Positions 11,401 through 26,400 of a stretch of DNA of 64,000 nucleotides are shown piece after piece (position 1 is the stretch's first letter; the number at the start of each line of letters is the position of its first letter). The translations under genes were made by a program, and so were the position numbers. This DNA is from a virus (taxonomy: Duplodnaviria; Caudoviricetes), in the IMG/VR virus record IMGVR_UViG_3300025751_000013, positions 45,901 through 109,900 of that record; one strand, given 5' to 3'. The notes below the pieces were generated by a model. It saw only the letters and a program-made list of their open reading frames with translations, was not told the origin of the DNA and did not search any database.

Positions 11401-14400
11401 ACTAGGTGATGTATATACAACCGATGGTGTGACATTATTTAATATTTTAGATTCAGGAACAGACGGCACAGATGCATCTATAATTGCAGATGTTAAAACA
11501 CCTTTAGGTGCAACTATCGTTGATACAAGTGCTGCTACTGTCACAGCAACAGGCGGCTTTACAGGCCAAATAGATGCGTCAGCTCCGGGCACTTCTCAAT
11601 TCCATACAGTAACAGTTTCAAACAATTTAAGTGTTCCGGGAACTGTAAATGTTACTCAAACAGTTGAAGCATCAGGCGGTATCGAAAATACTTCAATAGG
11701 TGCAGGAAATACAGAATCAACTGGTGCGTTTACATCTATTACTACAACTGGAGCCGTTACTGTTGGCGGAGACTTAATAGTACAAGGTAATACAGTTACG
11801 TTAAATACTTCGACATTAGACGTTGAAGATTTAAACATTACTGTTGCAAAAGGTGCTGCAAACGCTGCTGCTGCTGATGGCGCAGGCCTAACAGTTGATA
11901 CAGCAGGAGCATGGATACAATATAAGAATCCAAGTGATCAATGGCGCTTTAATAAAGATATAGATTTAACAACAGAAAACGTAAGACTATTAGGTAACAT
12001 TACTTCAACTGGTGTTTCAAACTTTAGTGGTACAGCAAACTTTAGTGGCACAGTCGATATGGCGGGTGCAACGATCAATAACTCAACTTTCCAAAATATG
12101 GATGTTGCTGCAACATCAGAGTTTAGCGGAAATATGACATTAGATACTGCTGCAAACTTTACAATGATAAATGCCGCTGGTACTCCAGTAACAGTATTTT
12201 CAATCGACGGATCAAATGGTAATACTACGATTTCACAGGGCGGACAGTTTGAGATATTAGATACGTTATCTGCTTCGATGTTTAGTGTAGACGGCGGCAC
12301 AGGAAATACGTTAGTTACAGGTACACTTGGTGTAGACGGCATAGTTAGTATTAATAACACAACAGGATCTACTACTACAACAACGGGTGCGCTAATTGTA
12401 GACGGCGGTGTCGGCATAGCAGAAAACTTATTCATAGGCGGCAACTTAGATGTTGCTGGCAATGCAGTTATTTCAGGTAATTTAACTTTTGGTGATGCTG
12501 CAACTGATACAGTAGCATTTGGCGCTGATATTAATAGTAGTATCATTCCAGATATAAACAACACATACGATTTAGGTAGTTCGGCACAGGCTTGGAGAGA
12601 ACTTTATCTTACACAAAATATTAACTTTAAAGGTGCAACAGGTGATAATGAAATTATTGTTCCAACAAATTTATTTGATGCTCTAAGTATTAAAGATGAT
12701 GCTAATACAAGCATAATTGACGTTGAAACAACTACAGGTGCTCCGGTTGTAAAAATTAACCCGAATACAACCGTTGCTGGCACTCTTGATGTTACAGGTG
12801 AAACTACACTAGCAAGTGCAATTATCAGTGATGTAAATCCAAGTAGAGTTGTACTATCAGGCGGTAGTAAAGAAATAAGTTACAGTGATCAATTTACATA
12901 TTCAGCAGGCGCTGGAGTAATTGATGTAGACATTACTGGTAGTTTAGCAGTTGACAACTTAACATTTGATGGAAATACAATTTCAAGTACAGATTCGAAT
13001 GGCGCTATTATACTTGATCCGCAAGGTTCTGGTGTAGTTACAGTAAATGCTAACACAACAATAAGTGGCACATTTACAAGCACAGGGCTTGCAAGCTTAG
13101 ATAACGGTATTGATGTTAATGGTGCTGTGTTTACAGTTTCTAACACAGGTGCAGTTAATACTACATCAACATTAGATGTTACTGGTCTTGCATCCCTTGA
13201 TGGCGGAATTGACGTCGACGGTGCCTTTACTGTGGCAAATACAACAGGTAATATTACAACCTCAGGCACACTAGACATAACAGGCACAACTACTTTAAGA
13301 AATACGGTCGGCATACAAGGTATTACAACTATAAGTAACGCTAATGATGCGTCTAATGCAACTTCAGGAGCATTAATAGTTTCAGGCGGCGCAGGAATTG
13401 CTAAAAAATTATTTGTTGCCGGCGACTTTGAAGTCGGCACAAATAGATTTAATGTAGCAGCAACTACAGGTGATACAACTGTAGCAGGTGACTTTACTGT
13501 TACTAGCGGAACAGCATTCTTAGACGGTGGCATTAATGTTGATAGTGGTGCATTTATTGTGGCAAATACAACAGGTGATATTACAACCCTCGGTGATATT
13601 AGTATAGCAGATAGTAAGAAGTTACTAATTGGTACAGGAAACGATTTAGAAATCTTCCATGATGGTTCTAATTCTTTTATTAAAGATGTTGGTGCAGGTA
13701 ATTTAACAATAGCAACAGATGTACTAACACTTACAAAGGGTGACGGTACTAAAACAACAGCAGTATTAGATGCAGATGGTGCAACTGAACTTTATTACAA
13801 TAATACAAAAAGATTTGAAACTACACTTGTAGGAGCAGATGTTACCGGAACATTCAACACTTCAGGACTTGCAACTTTAGATTCGGCTGTAATATCAGAT
13901 TTACCTGCTAACAGAATTGTATATACAAGTGGTGCAAATGGTAGACTAATTAGCACAGCAGATTTTGTAATAGACGGCACATCATTAAATGTAGGCTCAA
14001 ATAATTTTGTTGTTACAGCAGCAACAGGTAACACTGCTATAGTTGGTACTTTAGACGTAACTGGCGAAACAACAGTAGGTAACTTAGTTGCTGACGATAT
14101 AAAGTTAGGCGATGGCGAAAAGATACAATTTGGTAATGCACAAGATTTAGAAATTTATCACGACGGATCTAATAGTTATATACATGAATCTGGTACAGGA
14201 GGTTTGATCCTAAGATCTGCCAACTCAATTCTTTTCCAAGACGCTACTAGTACAAAAACAGCCATGTCATTAACTGCTAACGGTAGCCAGATATTATACC
14301 ATAATGATGTTCAAAGATTTCAAACAACTGTCTCTGGCGCAGATATAACAGGTGATGTTGACATCTCTGGCACTTTAGATGTTGACGGCAACTTTCAAGT

Positions 14401-17400
14401 TGGCACAAGCAGATTTAATGTAGAAGCAACTACCGGTAACACACAAATTGATGGAACTCTTACAGCAGACGGATTAACTACACTTAATGGTGGTATTACA
14501 GCAGACGGTGGTGTGTTTACCGTAGCAGATGGTACTGGTAATATTGCTACAAGTGGCACGTTAAATGTAACAGGCGACACAACTTTAAGTACACTAACTG
14601 CAACAAGTGATGTAACAGTTCAAGGTGATTTAACAGTTGAAGGTAACTTAACTACTGTTAATGCTACAGAAATAAATGTATCTGATAAGAATATTACACT
14701 AGGCGGCACAACTACAACATTGAGTGCGCTAAACAATAGTGGAATTACTATAGGTGGAACATTAGGAGCAGGATCAAATCCTGCACTAACTTATACATAC
14801 ACTGGTGTTTCTCCAAATCAGGTAGAAAGATTTAATTTAAATAGAGAATTAATCGTTGATAAGGTACACGGTGATATAAAAGGTAATGTTTATGCATCAG
14901 ATGATACAAGTATTATTTTAAATGCAGGTACTAATGGCAACGATGCAATATTCAAAGGTGACGTTTATAGTACAACTGATACATTAATTATAGACAGTGG
15001 TGCAAGTATAGACGATGCAACATTCTATGGAAATATAGATCTTAGAACAGAAACAAATTACGGAAATACTCCAAGCACAGGTACTACTTCATACTTTAAC
15101 AATTTAGATGTTGCCGGTACACTATCGATGGCAAATGCTTCAATAGGCACACTGTCTGGTAACTTAGTTGGAGATATATATGCATCTAACGGAACAAGTT
15201 TAATATTAGACAATGGTACTAATGGAACAGACGCATCATTCCAGGGTAATATTAAAAATGACAACGGAACAGTAATTATTCAAAATGGTTCGACAGGAGT
15301 TGCAGCAACATTTACTGGTAAATTAGTAGGTGATGTAGATAGTAGCGGCATATCTTATTTTAACAATATGTATGCTAACGTTATTAATGCATTCTTAGAC
15401 GGTGACATTTCGGGTAGTGTACTAGGCGAAGATAGTGTAATGATGCTTGATGCTGGTGCTAGAACACTTAGCGTTACTGATGTACAAACAAGTACAATTA
15501 CTGCATCATCTTATCTATCAGGCGATGTTCGTGGCGATATTTACAACAATAACGGCACCCAAAAAATATTAGAAACAGGAGGCACAGCAACAGATGCTGC
15601 TATCTTTACTGGTAGAGTTGATGCGTCAAATGCAATTAACACAACATCTAATTTTAACAATGTTGACGCAACGGGTATATTTACCGGTGTACTAGGCGCA
15701 GTAGGTAATACGGCTAATGCATTTGTAAATGATTTAACCGTAGACAGCGTAGCAACATTTACTGGCGTTGTTAATGCTCTTACTTCAGCTGTTAATATTA
15801 ATTCTGTAAATATAGATGGCGGAACAATAGACGGAACAGTTATTGGCGCAGCGACTCCAGCAGCAATCACAGGTACAACCGTAACTGCAAACACAGGATT
15901 TGTTGGTAACATTACAGGTAACATCACTGGAGACTTAGACGCAAGAGGTCTAGGCGGTACAACGTTCATTGATGATTTAGTTATGGGTCCAGGCACAAAT
16001 GCTGCTATAGATACTGCAACAATTACTACACTTAATGCTTCTACTCTTGTTCTAACAAACTTAGCACTAAGTGGAGATTTAGACGTACTTACTGGTACAG
16101 GTACATTCCAAAACTTAGAAGTTACTGCTGGCGGTAACATTGTAGGACTTGCTACACTAGGTACAAGTGCATCACCAGTAGCAAGTTCAGTAATTACTAC
16201 AATTGATGTTAGTGCAGGTGATATAGTTGGCTTGTCTACTCTAGGTACAAGTGCATCACCGGTTATAGCAGCAGACATAGACACTGCGGTTATAGATGAT
16301 GTAACTAGTGTTACAGTAAGGGCTGATAACTTTACTATTACTAACACTGGCGATTCTGCTCATAAGTTTACTGGACCATTAGAAGGTAATATTACAAGTG
16401 CAGGAACAAGCACATTTACCGGCACAGTAAGTTTATCAGGTGCAACTGTTGTACTTGCTGATAATCAACTAAGCGGTGACAAAATAGACGGCGGCGTTAT
16501 AGGCAATGCTGATCTGTTAGGTAATGGAACAAGTAACACAATTAGTGGATACGATATTACAGTAACAGGAGCACTTGACTTAACTGGAGCAACTGTAACT
16601 TATGACAACGATTCGATATCAGGTGATAAAGTATCTGGCGGTACTATTGATGCTGCAAATATAACTGGCGGCGCAGGTAAAACACTTGACGGATATGATA
16701 TTACAGTAGGTGCCGGTAGAACATTAACTGTAAATGGATCAACAAGTGTTGCAACATTAGCAGCATCTGCACTTGTAGAATTAGACGGCGGTTTTAATGT
16801 TAATGACGACTTTGTTGTAGATGTAGACGGTAACACACGCCTTAATGCAGCAGCTAATTTTGAAATTTGGAATGCAGCAGGAACACCTGTTAAGGTATTT
16901 GACATTGTTGGTTCAACAGGTGCAACTACTATTGCAAATACCTTAGATGTTGTTGGTCCAGTATCTATAACAACAGGAACAGGAAGTACAAGCACATCTA
17001 CTGGTTCACTTACTGTTACTGGCGGAGTAGGTATAAGTGAAAATGCATTTGTAGGTGGTGATTTGGATGTTGCAGCAAATGCACAACTTAGCGGCACTTT
17101 AGATGTTGACGGCGTAACAAATATTAATAACACATTAACTGTAGATTCACTGGCAAGTTTAGACGGCGGCATTGCAGTATCAGATGGCGCAGCAGGCGAT
17201 GCATTTACAGTTGCAGTTACTACAGGTAATGTAGTAACAACAGGTACATTAGATGTAACAGGTTTGTCGTCATTAGATGGCGGAATCGATGTTAACGGAT
17301 CTAACTATACAGTATCAGCAGCAGGCGCAGTAACACAAGCAAGTACATTAGATGTAAGTGGAGATGTTACATTATTACAATCTGCAAACTTTGAAATCTT

Positions 17401-20400
17401 TGATGCAGGTGTCGGTAGTAATTCTACATTCGCTGTTAATGGTGCAGACGGTAACACACAAATAGCAGGTACATTAGGTGTAGACGGTCTAGCATCGTTA
17501 AATGCAAGTTTGACTGTTACTGGACTTACAACAACTGATACAGCAGTAGTTAACAATACACTCAATGTAACTGGTGCAACAACGCTAGACGGAACATTTG
17601 CTGTACAAAACGCAGGAGCAGACGTATTTACAGTCGCCGATGCAACAGGAAATACAGTAATTTCAGGAACACTTCAAGCAGGTAATACCACTGTAGCAGA
17701 CGTAACTGCAACCGGAACTGGAACTATAACTGGTAACTTTGATGTAAACACTACTGCATTTACTGTTGCAGCAGCAACAGGTAACACTGATATACTTGGC
17801 GATTTAGCAGTTAACACAACGGCTCTTACAGTAGCAGCAGCAACAGGTAATACTACAGTAGGTGGAACACTTGATGTAGCAGGTGATACAAACTTTAACA
17901 GTACTACAGGAAGCACATTAAGTACTAATGGTGCAGTAGTAATTGATGGCGGTCTAGGTGTTGCAGAAAATATTAATTTTGGTGGTGTGTTAAAGACAAC
18001 GACAGCAACAGCAAGTACAGATACAGTAACAGGATCAATTGTTACCGCAGGCGGCGTTGGTATAGCAGGCGCTTTAAATGTCGGTGGTGTAACACATATT
18101 TCTCAAACAGTAGATGCAACTTCAGCATCTGACGGTGCGTTGTTCGTAGACGGTGGCGTTGGTATTGCTAAGAAACTATTTGTTGGCACTGATTTAGATG
18201 TAACTGGCTCAGTACAAATTGATACAGATCTAAATGTTACTGGAAATACTGTAATAACAGGAAACCTAACAGTCAACGGCGCAAGCACAACGATTAACGC
18301 AGCAACACTAGATGTTGAAGATAAAGATATACGTGTTGCAAGTAATGTAGATACACTACTTGGAGCAAATAATGCAGGCTTAATAATTGGTAGTACTAAT
18401 GTTGGTGATGTAGCAAATGGCGGTAATGCAGGCGAAACAAATGTTACATTTACATACAATGCTACAGACGATAGTTTAGACAGTAATGTTGATATACAAG
18501 CCCCAACATTTATTGGTAATTTAACAGGCGATGTAACAGGAAGTGCAACTATAGGTGTTGGCAAAACTCTTGACGTAGACGGAGCATTTAATGTTAATGC
18601 AAGTTCTGGTAATTTAGATAATGTAGTAATTGGTGGAGTTACTAGAGCAGATGCAAGTGTACATACGTTAACCACAAGAAACATTAATGTAGACTCAGGA
18701 TACGATGTTACGCTTACAAGTGGAGATGTTACAATTACTGCTGGTGACTTTGTTGCAACAACAGGTAATATTAGTGCAACTTCAGGAACTATATCTGGTG
18801 ATATATTTGTTGCAGGAACAGAATTTAGAGGCGATTTAACAACTGTCGACGGTGGTACTGGTGTTAACTTATTTGAGTCAACAGGCGTAGCAGTAAGCAC
18901 AGGTAACATCACAACTACAACAGGCGACTTTACGAGTACAAGCGGAGACTTTACTACAGGCACAGGAAATATTTCAACAAGTAGTGGCGATATTACTACT
19001 ACAACCGGTGATATTAATGGACAAATTATTACCGCTAACACTAAGGTTATAGGACAAATAGGTACTGATGCAAGTACAGCATCAGACATGAATGATGCGT
19101 TTGTTTCAACACTTTATTCTAATACAACTATAACATCAAGTGGTAATACAGATGTAGGAGGCAATCTTACAGTAACAGGTACTTCTAACTTTGACGATGC
19201 TGTAACTATTTCAAATAATTTAACAATTACTGGACCAGGAGGCGTTGATGCGCAAGGCGATCCAAATTTATCTACAGCGACATTCCAAAACATTGTTGTT
19301 ACAGGATCATTTACAGTTGATACTCTAACAATTGATGACTTTACGGTTGGTGATGAATTAGCTGTGTTAGGTGATACTACGCTATCAGGTAACTTGACAG
19401 TTAACAGTGGTGTAACAACATTAAGCTCAGTTGATATTGCAGGCGGCGCAATGGATGGTGTTACAATTGGTGGCGACGGTGTAACACCTGCTGCAAATAT
19501 CACAGGCGCTGCGTTAACGGGTACGTCCTTGACTACTACAACAGGTAATGTAACACTAAACAGTGGTAACATAGTTGTTACACAGGGTAATATTACAACT
19601 ACAGCAGGTGAGATAAGATCACCAGTTGGCGGCTTTGTAGGGCAAATTGATGCTACTGCAACAGGTACATCAAGTTTTGACAACGTTTTAGTAAATGATG
19701 ATTTAACTGTAAACGGTAAAGTATTCTCAGTAGCAAGTGCTGCAAGTGGATTTGTTGGAGATTTATATTCTAACAATTCAGGAGGCACACCAATAAAAAT
19801 TCTACAAGCAGGTACTACATTAGGCACTGCAATGTATACTGGTAATGTTACTGGTATTGTAGGTGATTCAGCAAACAGAAATACTGGTCATTTTAGTACA
19901 TTAGATGCAACACAATCTAATTTAGCAACTGTTGATATAGATGGTGGTACAATCGACGGAGTTACATTTACAGCAGGTACACTAGTAGACACACCGATTG
20001 GACAAACAGGAACACCGCAAAACGCTACAGTAAGTAATCTTGTAAGTAATACAATTAGAGTTAACAGCAGCACTGCAAATACTATAGACGGTGTTACAAT
20101 TGGTGATACACAGCGTAGACCAGGTAACTTTACTACTTTAGATGCAAACACTAGTATTACAGTAGGTTCAGTAGTAGGTAGTATAAACTCAACACCGATC
20201 GGTGATAGTATTGCATCAACAATAACAGGAACTACAATTACAGCGTCTACAAGATTTGAAGGTGTACTACAAGGCGATATACAATCAACATCGGGTGGTG
20301 TTGGATTACCTGCAGGTACATTATTAATAGATTCAAGTACTAGAAATATTTCTAATATTGTCGATTTTACTTCGGAAACTGTGGAAGCAACAACCATCAC

Positions 20401-23400
20401 AGCTACCCAAACAACAAACGGTTTCCAAGGTGATTTAACCGGTGATGTAATAGGACAAATTGGTACATCAACACTTGCAGATAGAAACAATGCATTCTTC
20501 ACCAATGTAGACATATTAGGCGATGTTGATATAGATGGCGACATTACACTTGCAGCAACACATTCGATTACTGGTATAATAGACGGATTAGCAGGTTCAG
20601 ATATAACAGGTGCGTTTACACTTGAAACAGGTCAAACAGCAGACTTGTCAGGTGGTACACTAACACTTGCTAATGATCAAATTTCAGGTGATGCAATTGA
20701 AGGCGGCACAATAGGTAACATTACTATAAGTAATCTTACTTCGCCTAATATAACTATTACTGGCGGGACACTCCAAGGTGTTGATGCAACAAGTTTTGAC
20801 ATCGACGGCGGCACCATTATTAACACTTCAATTGGACAATCAGGTTCTGCACAGAACATCAAGGGTGCTACAATCGAGTCTACTACCGGATTTGTAGGAC
20901 AAATTAATTCTACTGGCGGTGGCGGTGGTACATCAAACTTCGATATAATTACTGTTGCAGGTACAAGTACATTTACAGGAAATGCAACATTTGGTAATTT
21001 AAGCGGTGCGCTTACAGGGTCATTTACTGGCGGCGCAACTATTACAAGTGGTACATTTAGTAATATACAAATTGCAAGTTCTACACAAATTAATTCTTCA
21101 GCATTTATTGGCCCATTATCTGGTGATGTTACCGGCGGCGGCACAGGCACGGTTAGTACCTTTAATAGAATAAACGTACAAGGTGGTCCAGCAGAAACTT
21201 CCCAAATATCAAACTTAACTGTAGGTACGTTTGCAACTAACGCTGCAACAATTACTGGTGGTAATATCACAAACACTACTATCGGTGGTGCAACTGGTAC
21301 AGGTAGTTTCCCAGGATACTTTAGTTTGATAGAAGCAACAGGCGCTATTACAGCAGGAACACAGTTTATAGGAGATATGAATAATCCTAATACTGTTAAC
21401 CAAGATGATTCATCGGCTGACTTTACACAAGGTTATTTTACTGATCTACGAGTTAAGAACTTTGAAACTGATACTATTATAATTAACAGTGACCAAGAAT
21501 TTAGTAATGTTTTGATTACTGGTGATTTAACAGTAAACGAAGATGTGCTAATAAAAGGCGATTTAGAGACTGAACAAAACTTTATTACAATTAACAAAAA
21601 CGAAACAGGTAATGCGGGTATTAGTGGCGCTGGTAACGCAGGTATAATATTTGAACGTGGTAACGGTGTTGGCATACAAGATGCAAGTCTTATATTCAGC
21701 GAAAGCGGCGGCAATCCTGAATATGAATTTAGTCAATTTAAAGTTGTAGCATCAGAATTTGAAGCACCTTTATTTTCTGGAAACATTACCGCAGCCTTAG
21801 GTACCTCTACATTTAATAATATTACTGTAAATAACTCTGCTAACTTAGGAAACAGCGTTACTATCGCTGGCGGCAATATAGACAATACTGTAATAGGTAA
21901 TGGAACTCAAGCAAGCATCGACGGTACAACAATTAAAGCACATGTTGAATTCCAAGGAGACTTAGACACTACTAATGGTGTTAATGGAAATATTGATACT
22001 ATCACACTGGATGCAACTGGACTTATTACTGCACGAGCAGGCGTTGATGTAACTGGTGGAACAATTGACGGCGAAGGAAGATTTACTACAGGTACAACTA
22101 TTGACGCTGGTACACATATTAGAAATACACCGATTGGTGTCGATGTAGCCGGTATAAGTGGTAGAGCAGTAGGTTACTTTAATGCTTTAGAAGCTACTAC
22201 AATTATTAGTACACTGGGTATAACTGGCAATATTACTGGAGATGTAACAGGTAGTATTGATGATAGAAATACAATCGGTGAAGTTCCTTTAAATCCGCCT
22301 TCATTGACAGAAAACTTAAATATGAATCTATCGCAATTTGACAGAGTAAGTGTACTAGGTCATCTTACAATGGGTACAGATACATATATTAAAGCTGTTA
22401 ACCTAGATGTTTCTGGTATCTTTAATGTTAACGATTTAGATATCGGTGCTACACTTGATGTTGCTGGTAACTTTACTGTAGGTAGTGGAACACCTAAAAA
22501 ATTAGATGTCAATGCTGCTACAGGTGCAATGACACATAATGGTGCATTTACAACGTCTGGAACTGCAACATTTGATGGTGACATTAATGCAAATGCTAAT
22601 GTAACAATAGGCAGCGATGCAACAGACGAACTTATTATAAATGCTGTAATCGATAGCGACATATTAACTAAAACTGATGGCGCTTATGATATTGGTACAG
22701 TTTCAACACGTTGGGGACATGTATATGCTGATAATGCAACATTTACAGATGATGTTGCTATAGGTGGAAATTTAACAGTTACAGGATCAGTTACCCAGAC
22801 TAACGTTGACCAAATCAACATTGCAGATAACATAATTGTTCTTAATGGACAAGAATCATCAAATGTAATTTCAGCAAGTACTGCTGGTATAGAGATTAGT
22901 AGAGGCACCGGAAGTAATGCATCGTTCTTGTATGATGAAGGTTTAAGTTCCTGGACACTTACAGGTGCAACAAGTAAATTAACTGTTGATGAAGTTAGAG
23001 CTGACATTGAAGCCACTGACGGAACAACTATAGTAGATATTTCATCAAAAACAATTGATATGGTTGGTGTTGATACAGATACGTTAACAGTAAATCTAGG
23101 TGCAACGATAGGTACAACATTAGCAGTTAGCGGACTATCTACACTTGCACAAGCAAAAGTACAAGACTTAGCACAAGATCATATTCCATTAGCAGGACTT
23201 GACGGTAGACTTAACACAAATGCAAACTTTAGATTTGACGGTGTTGATTTTGATATAGGTGCTGCTGGTTCAGAAACATTTAAAGTAGCAGTTGCATCAG
23301 GAAACACTGATATACAAGGTACACTTTTTGTAGATAAGCAAACTACAATAAAAGGCAATAATCTAGGTGCAAGTAGTACAACAACAGGTGCAGTAGTAGT

Positions 23401-26400
23401 TCAAGGTGGTATTGGTATATCTGAAAATATACATGCAGGAGGCACTTTGACGTTAACTGGACTTGCATCACTAGCAACTGGCATAAATGTTAATAATGAT
23501 TTTGTAGTAGATGCAGACGGCAATACTGACTTGTCAAGTGGTGCAACACTAACAGTTGACGGTGAAGTAAACTTTAATGGCGGTCTTGTAATGGACACTG
23601 ACAGGTTTACTGTAGCAAACGGTTCCGGTAATGTCGCAACGGCTGGCACACTTGATGTAAGTGGGAATACTACACTAACATCTGTTACTACATCAGGAAT
23701 GGCTTCATTAAATGCAGGCATTGAAGTAGACACAACGAAGTTTACTGTAGACGGCGGCACAGGTGCTGTTGTTACACAAAGTACTTTAACAGTTGACGGC
23801 ATCACTACGCTTAATTCAGATCTATCTGTAACAGGAAGTAATGATATAAGAATAATTGACGCTCTTACTGCAAATGTATTTGAAGTAAACGGAACAACAG
23901 GCGCAACACTGATTACAGGTAACCTTACAATGGACGGATCTGTAGGCGCAGGTAATCTTGACATAGGTGGCAACTTTACAGTAGCAAATGCAACAGGTAA
24001 TACAGACATAACAGGTACATTAGATGTAACTGGTGATACTACAGTAGATGTGTTTAGTGCAGGTACAAGCACATTAGGTACAACTTCTATTACTGGTACA
24101 TCTCTAACAGTAGGTTCTGACTTTACTGTAACAGGAACAAATGGTGTAACTGAAATAGGTGGTATGTTAAGTGCAGATGGCGGTATCGAAGTAAGAAATA
24201 CTGCTAACACTGCTGAAGCATTTAGTGTTGCACTTGGCACAGGTAATACTAATATAGTAGGTACACTTGATGTAACTGGTACAACTACTGTACATGATTT
24301 AAGTATTACTGGTACACTAGGTGTAACAGAAGGACTAACTGTAACAGACGACTTTAGTGTTAACGGGAACTTTGTAGTAACTGCCGCAACAGGTAATACA
24401 GACATAACAGGTACATTAGATGTAACTGGTGATACTACAGTAGATGTGTTTAGTGCAGGTACAAGCACATTAGGTACAACTTCTATTACTGGCACAACTT
24501 TATCAGTAGGTTCTGATTTTACCGTAACAGGAGCAAGTGGTGTAACTGAAATAGGCGGCATGTTAAGCGCAGACGGAGGCATCCAGGTAAGAAATACTGC
24601 TAATACTGCTGAAGCATTTAGTGTTGCACTTGGTACAGGTAATACTAATATAGTAGGTACATTAGATGTAACTGGTACAACCACTGTACATGACTTAAAT
24701 ATCACCGGCGCATTAGGTGTAACAGAAGGACTAACAGTAACAGACGACTTTAGTGTTAACGGAAATTTTGTAGTAACTGCCGCAACAGGTAATACACAAA
24801 TTGATGGAACTCTTACAGCAGACGGCAACTTTAACATTAACAACCAGTTTACTGTAACAGCATCTACAGGTGCAACAAATATTGCAAGCGGTCCGTTAAC
24901 AGTTGGCGGGTTAACTACACTTAATGGTGGTATTACAGCAGACGGCGGCGTGTTTACTGTAGCAGATGGTACTGGTAGTATTGCTACAAGTGGCACTTTA
25001 TCTGTAACAGGTGCTACAACTTTAAGTAGTACATTAAGTGCAGACGGCGGCATTGAAGTAAGAAATACAGGTAATACAGCAGAAGCATTTAGTGTACAAG
25101 CAGGTACTGGTAATATAGATACCGAAGGTACACTTGATGTAGGTGGTGATGTTACTATAGGAACTAACGTAGTTACTATAGACGCTGGAAACGGAAATAC
25201 AATTATTGCCGGTACATTAAATGTAAATACAAGTGCAACAGTAGCATCGTTACGTGTGTCAGACTTAACTACAGTTAATGCTGTATTGCTCGGCCAATCA
25301 TCAGGTGAAGTTGCTGATAGTTCAAACCTAACATTTAGCGGTAGTTTACTCGATGTAACAGGCAGCATTGATGTATCGGGCAATGTAGATATTGCAGGAA
25401 ATGTATTTGCTGATAATGCTTATATAGAAACTTTAAATGTTAACGAAATACCAGTTACAGGAAGTGCTGGGTTAATTACAGGTTCGAGTGCATTTACATT
25501 TAACCCAACAGGTGGTATATTAAGCGTAACTGGTAGTATAACTACAAACGGCACTGTAACTGGATCAACTTTCTTAGGAAACATTACTGCTCCAGGAACA
25601 AGTACTTTCTCAGGACAAACTAACTTAAATGGTCCGGTTACTTTATCTAATAATTTAACAATAGGTGCAAGTGTAGGTAGTATTAACGCAACCAGTGGTG
25701 CTATTGCAACAAATTCAACAATAACAGCAGGTGGCTTAGCAAGTCTAAATGGTGGCATTAATGTTGATAGTGGTGCATTTACTGTATCAGGAGATGGTTT
25801 TGGTAGTGTCTTTATAGACGGTCAAACAAATATTGATAATAATCTATTAATTACAAGCTCTGGAGATATTACACTAAGTGACGGTGTGTCTACTGTAATC
25901 ACACTAGATGGCGCAACAGGCGGAATTAGTGCAGATGGTAATTTAGACATTGCAGGTGATGCTAATCTTTACGGTAGTATTACAAGAATAGGTAATGCTG
26001 TATCTGATGAATTAGAAATTAACTCTGTACTAACAAAAGGCTTTTACTTAAAAGCAGGTACATTAAATGCAGATATAGGTAGTACAACTACAAGATTTGC
26101 TGATGCGTTTTTAGAAAATTTAAATGTATCAGAGAATGTTACTATTGCAGGTGATTTAACTGTAGAAGGAGAGTTTACAACTGTAAATGCACAAACTGTT
26201 GCTATAGCAGATAATATCATTACATTGAACTCGGGACAAGCAGCAGCGGATGCAGGAATTGAAATAGATTTATCTGGTACTACAAAAGAACTAAAATGGG
26301 CTAATACTGCCGGTGAATGGACAGTTGGCTCGGAAACATTTGTTGCAGGAGCGTTTAGAGGTGACTTACATGCAAGTGATAGTGCTGTATTAATTAACCA

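Noticed and set aside
23990-25000. DNA repeats as a CRISPR array or a diversity-generating retroelement TR/VR pair
   Set aside because: The repeats are in-frame coding duplications without spacers; differences are not adenine-specific; no cas or reverse transcriptase gene is in the window.
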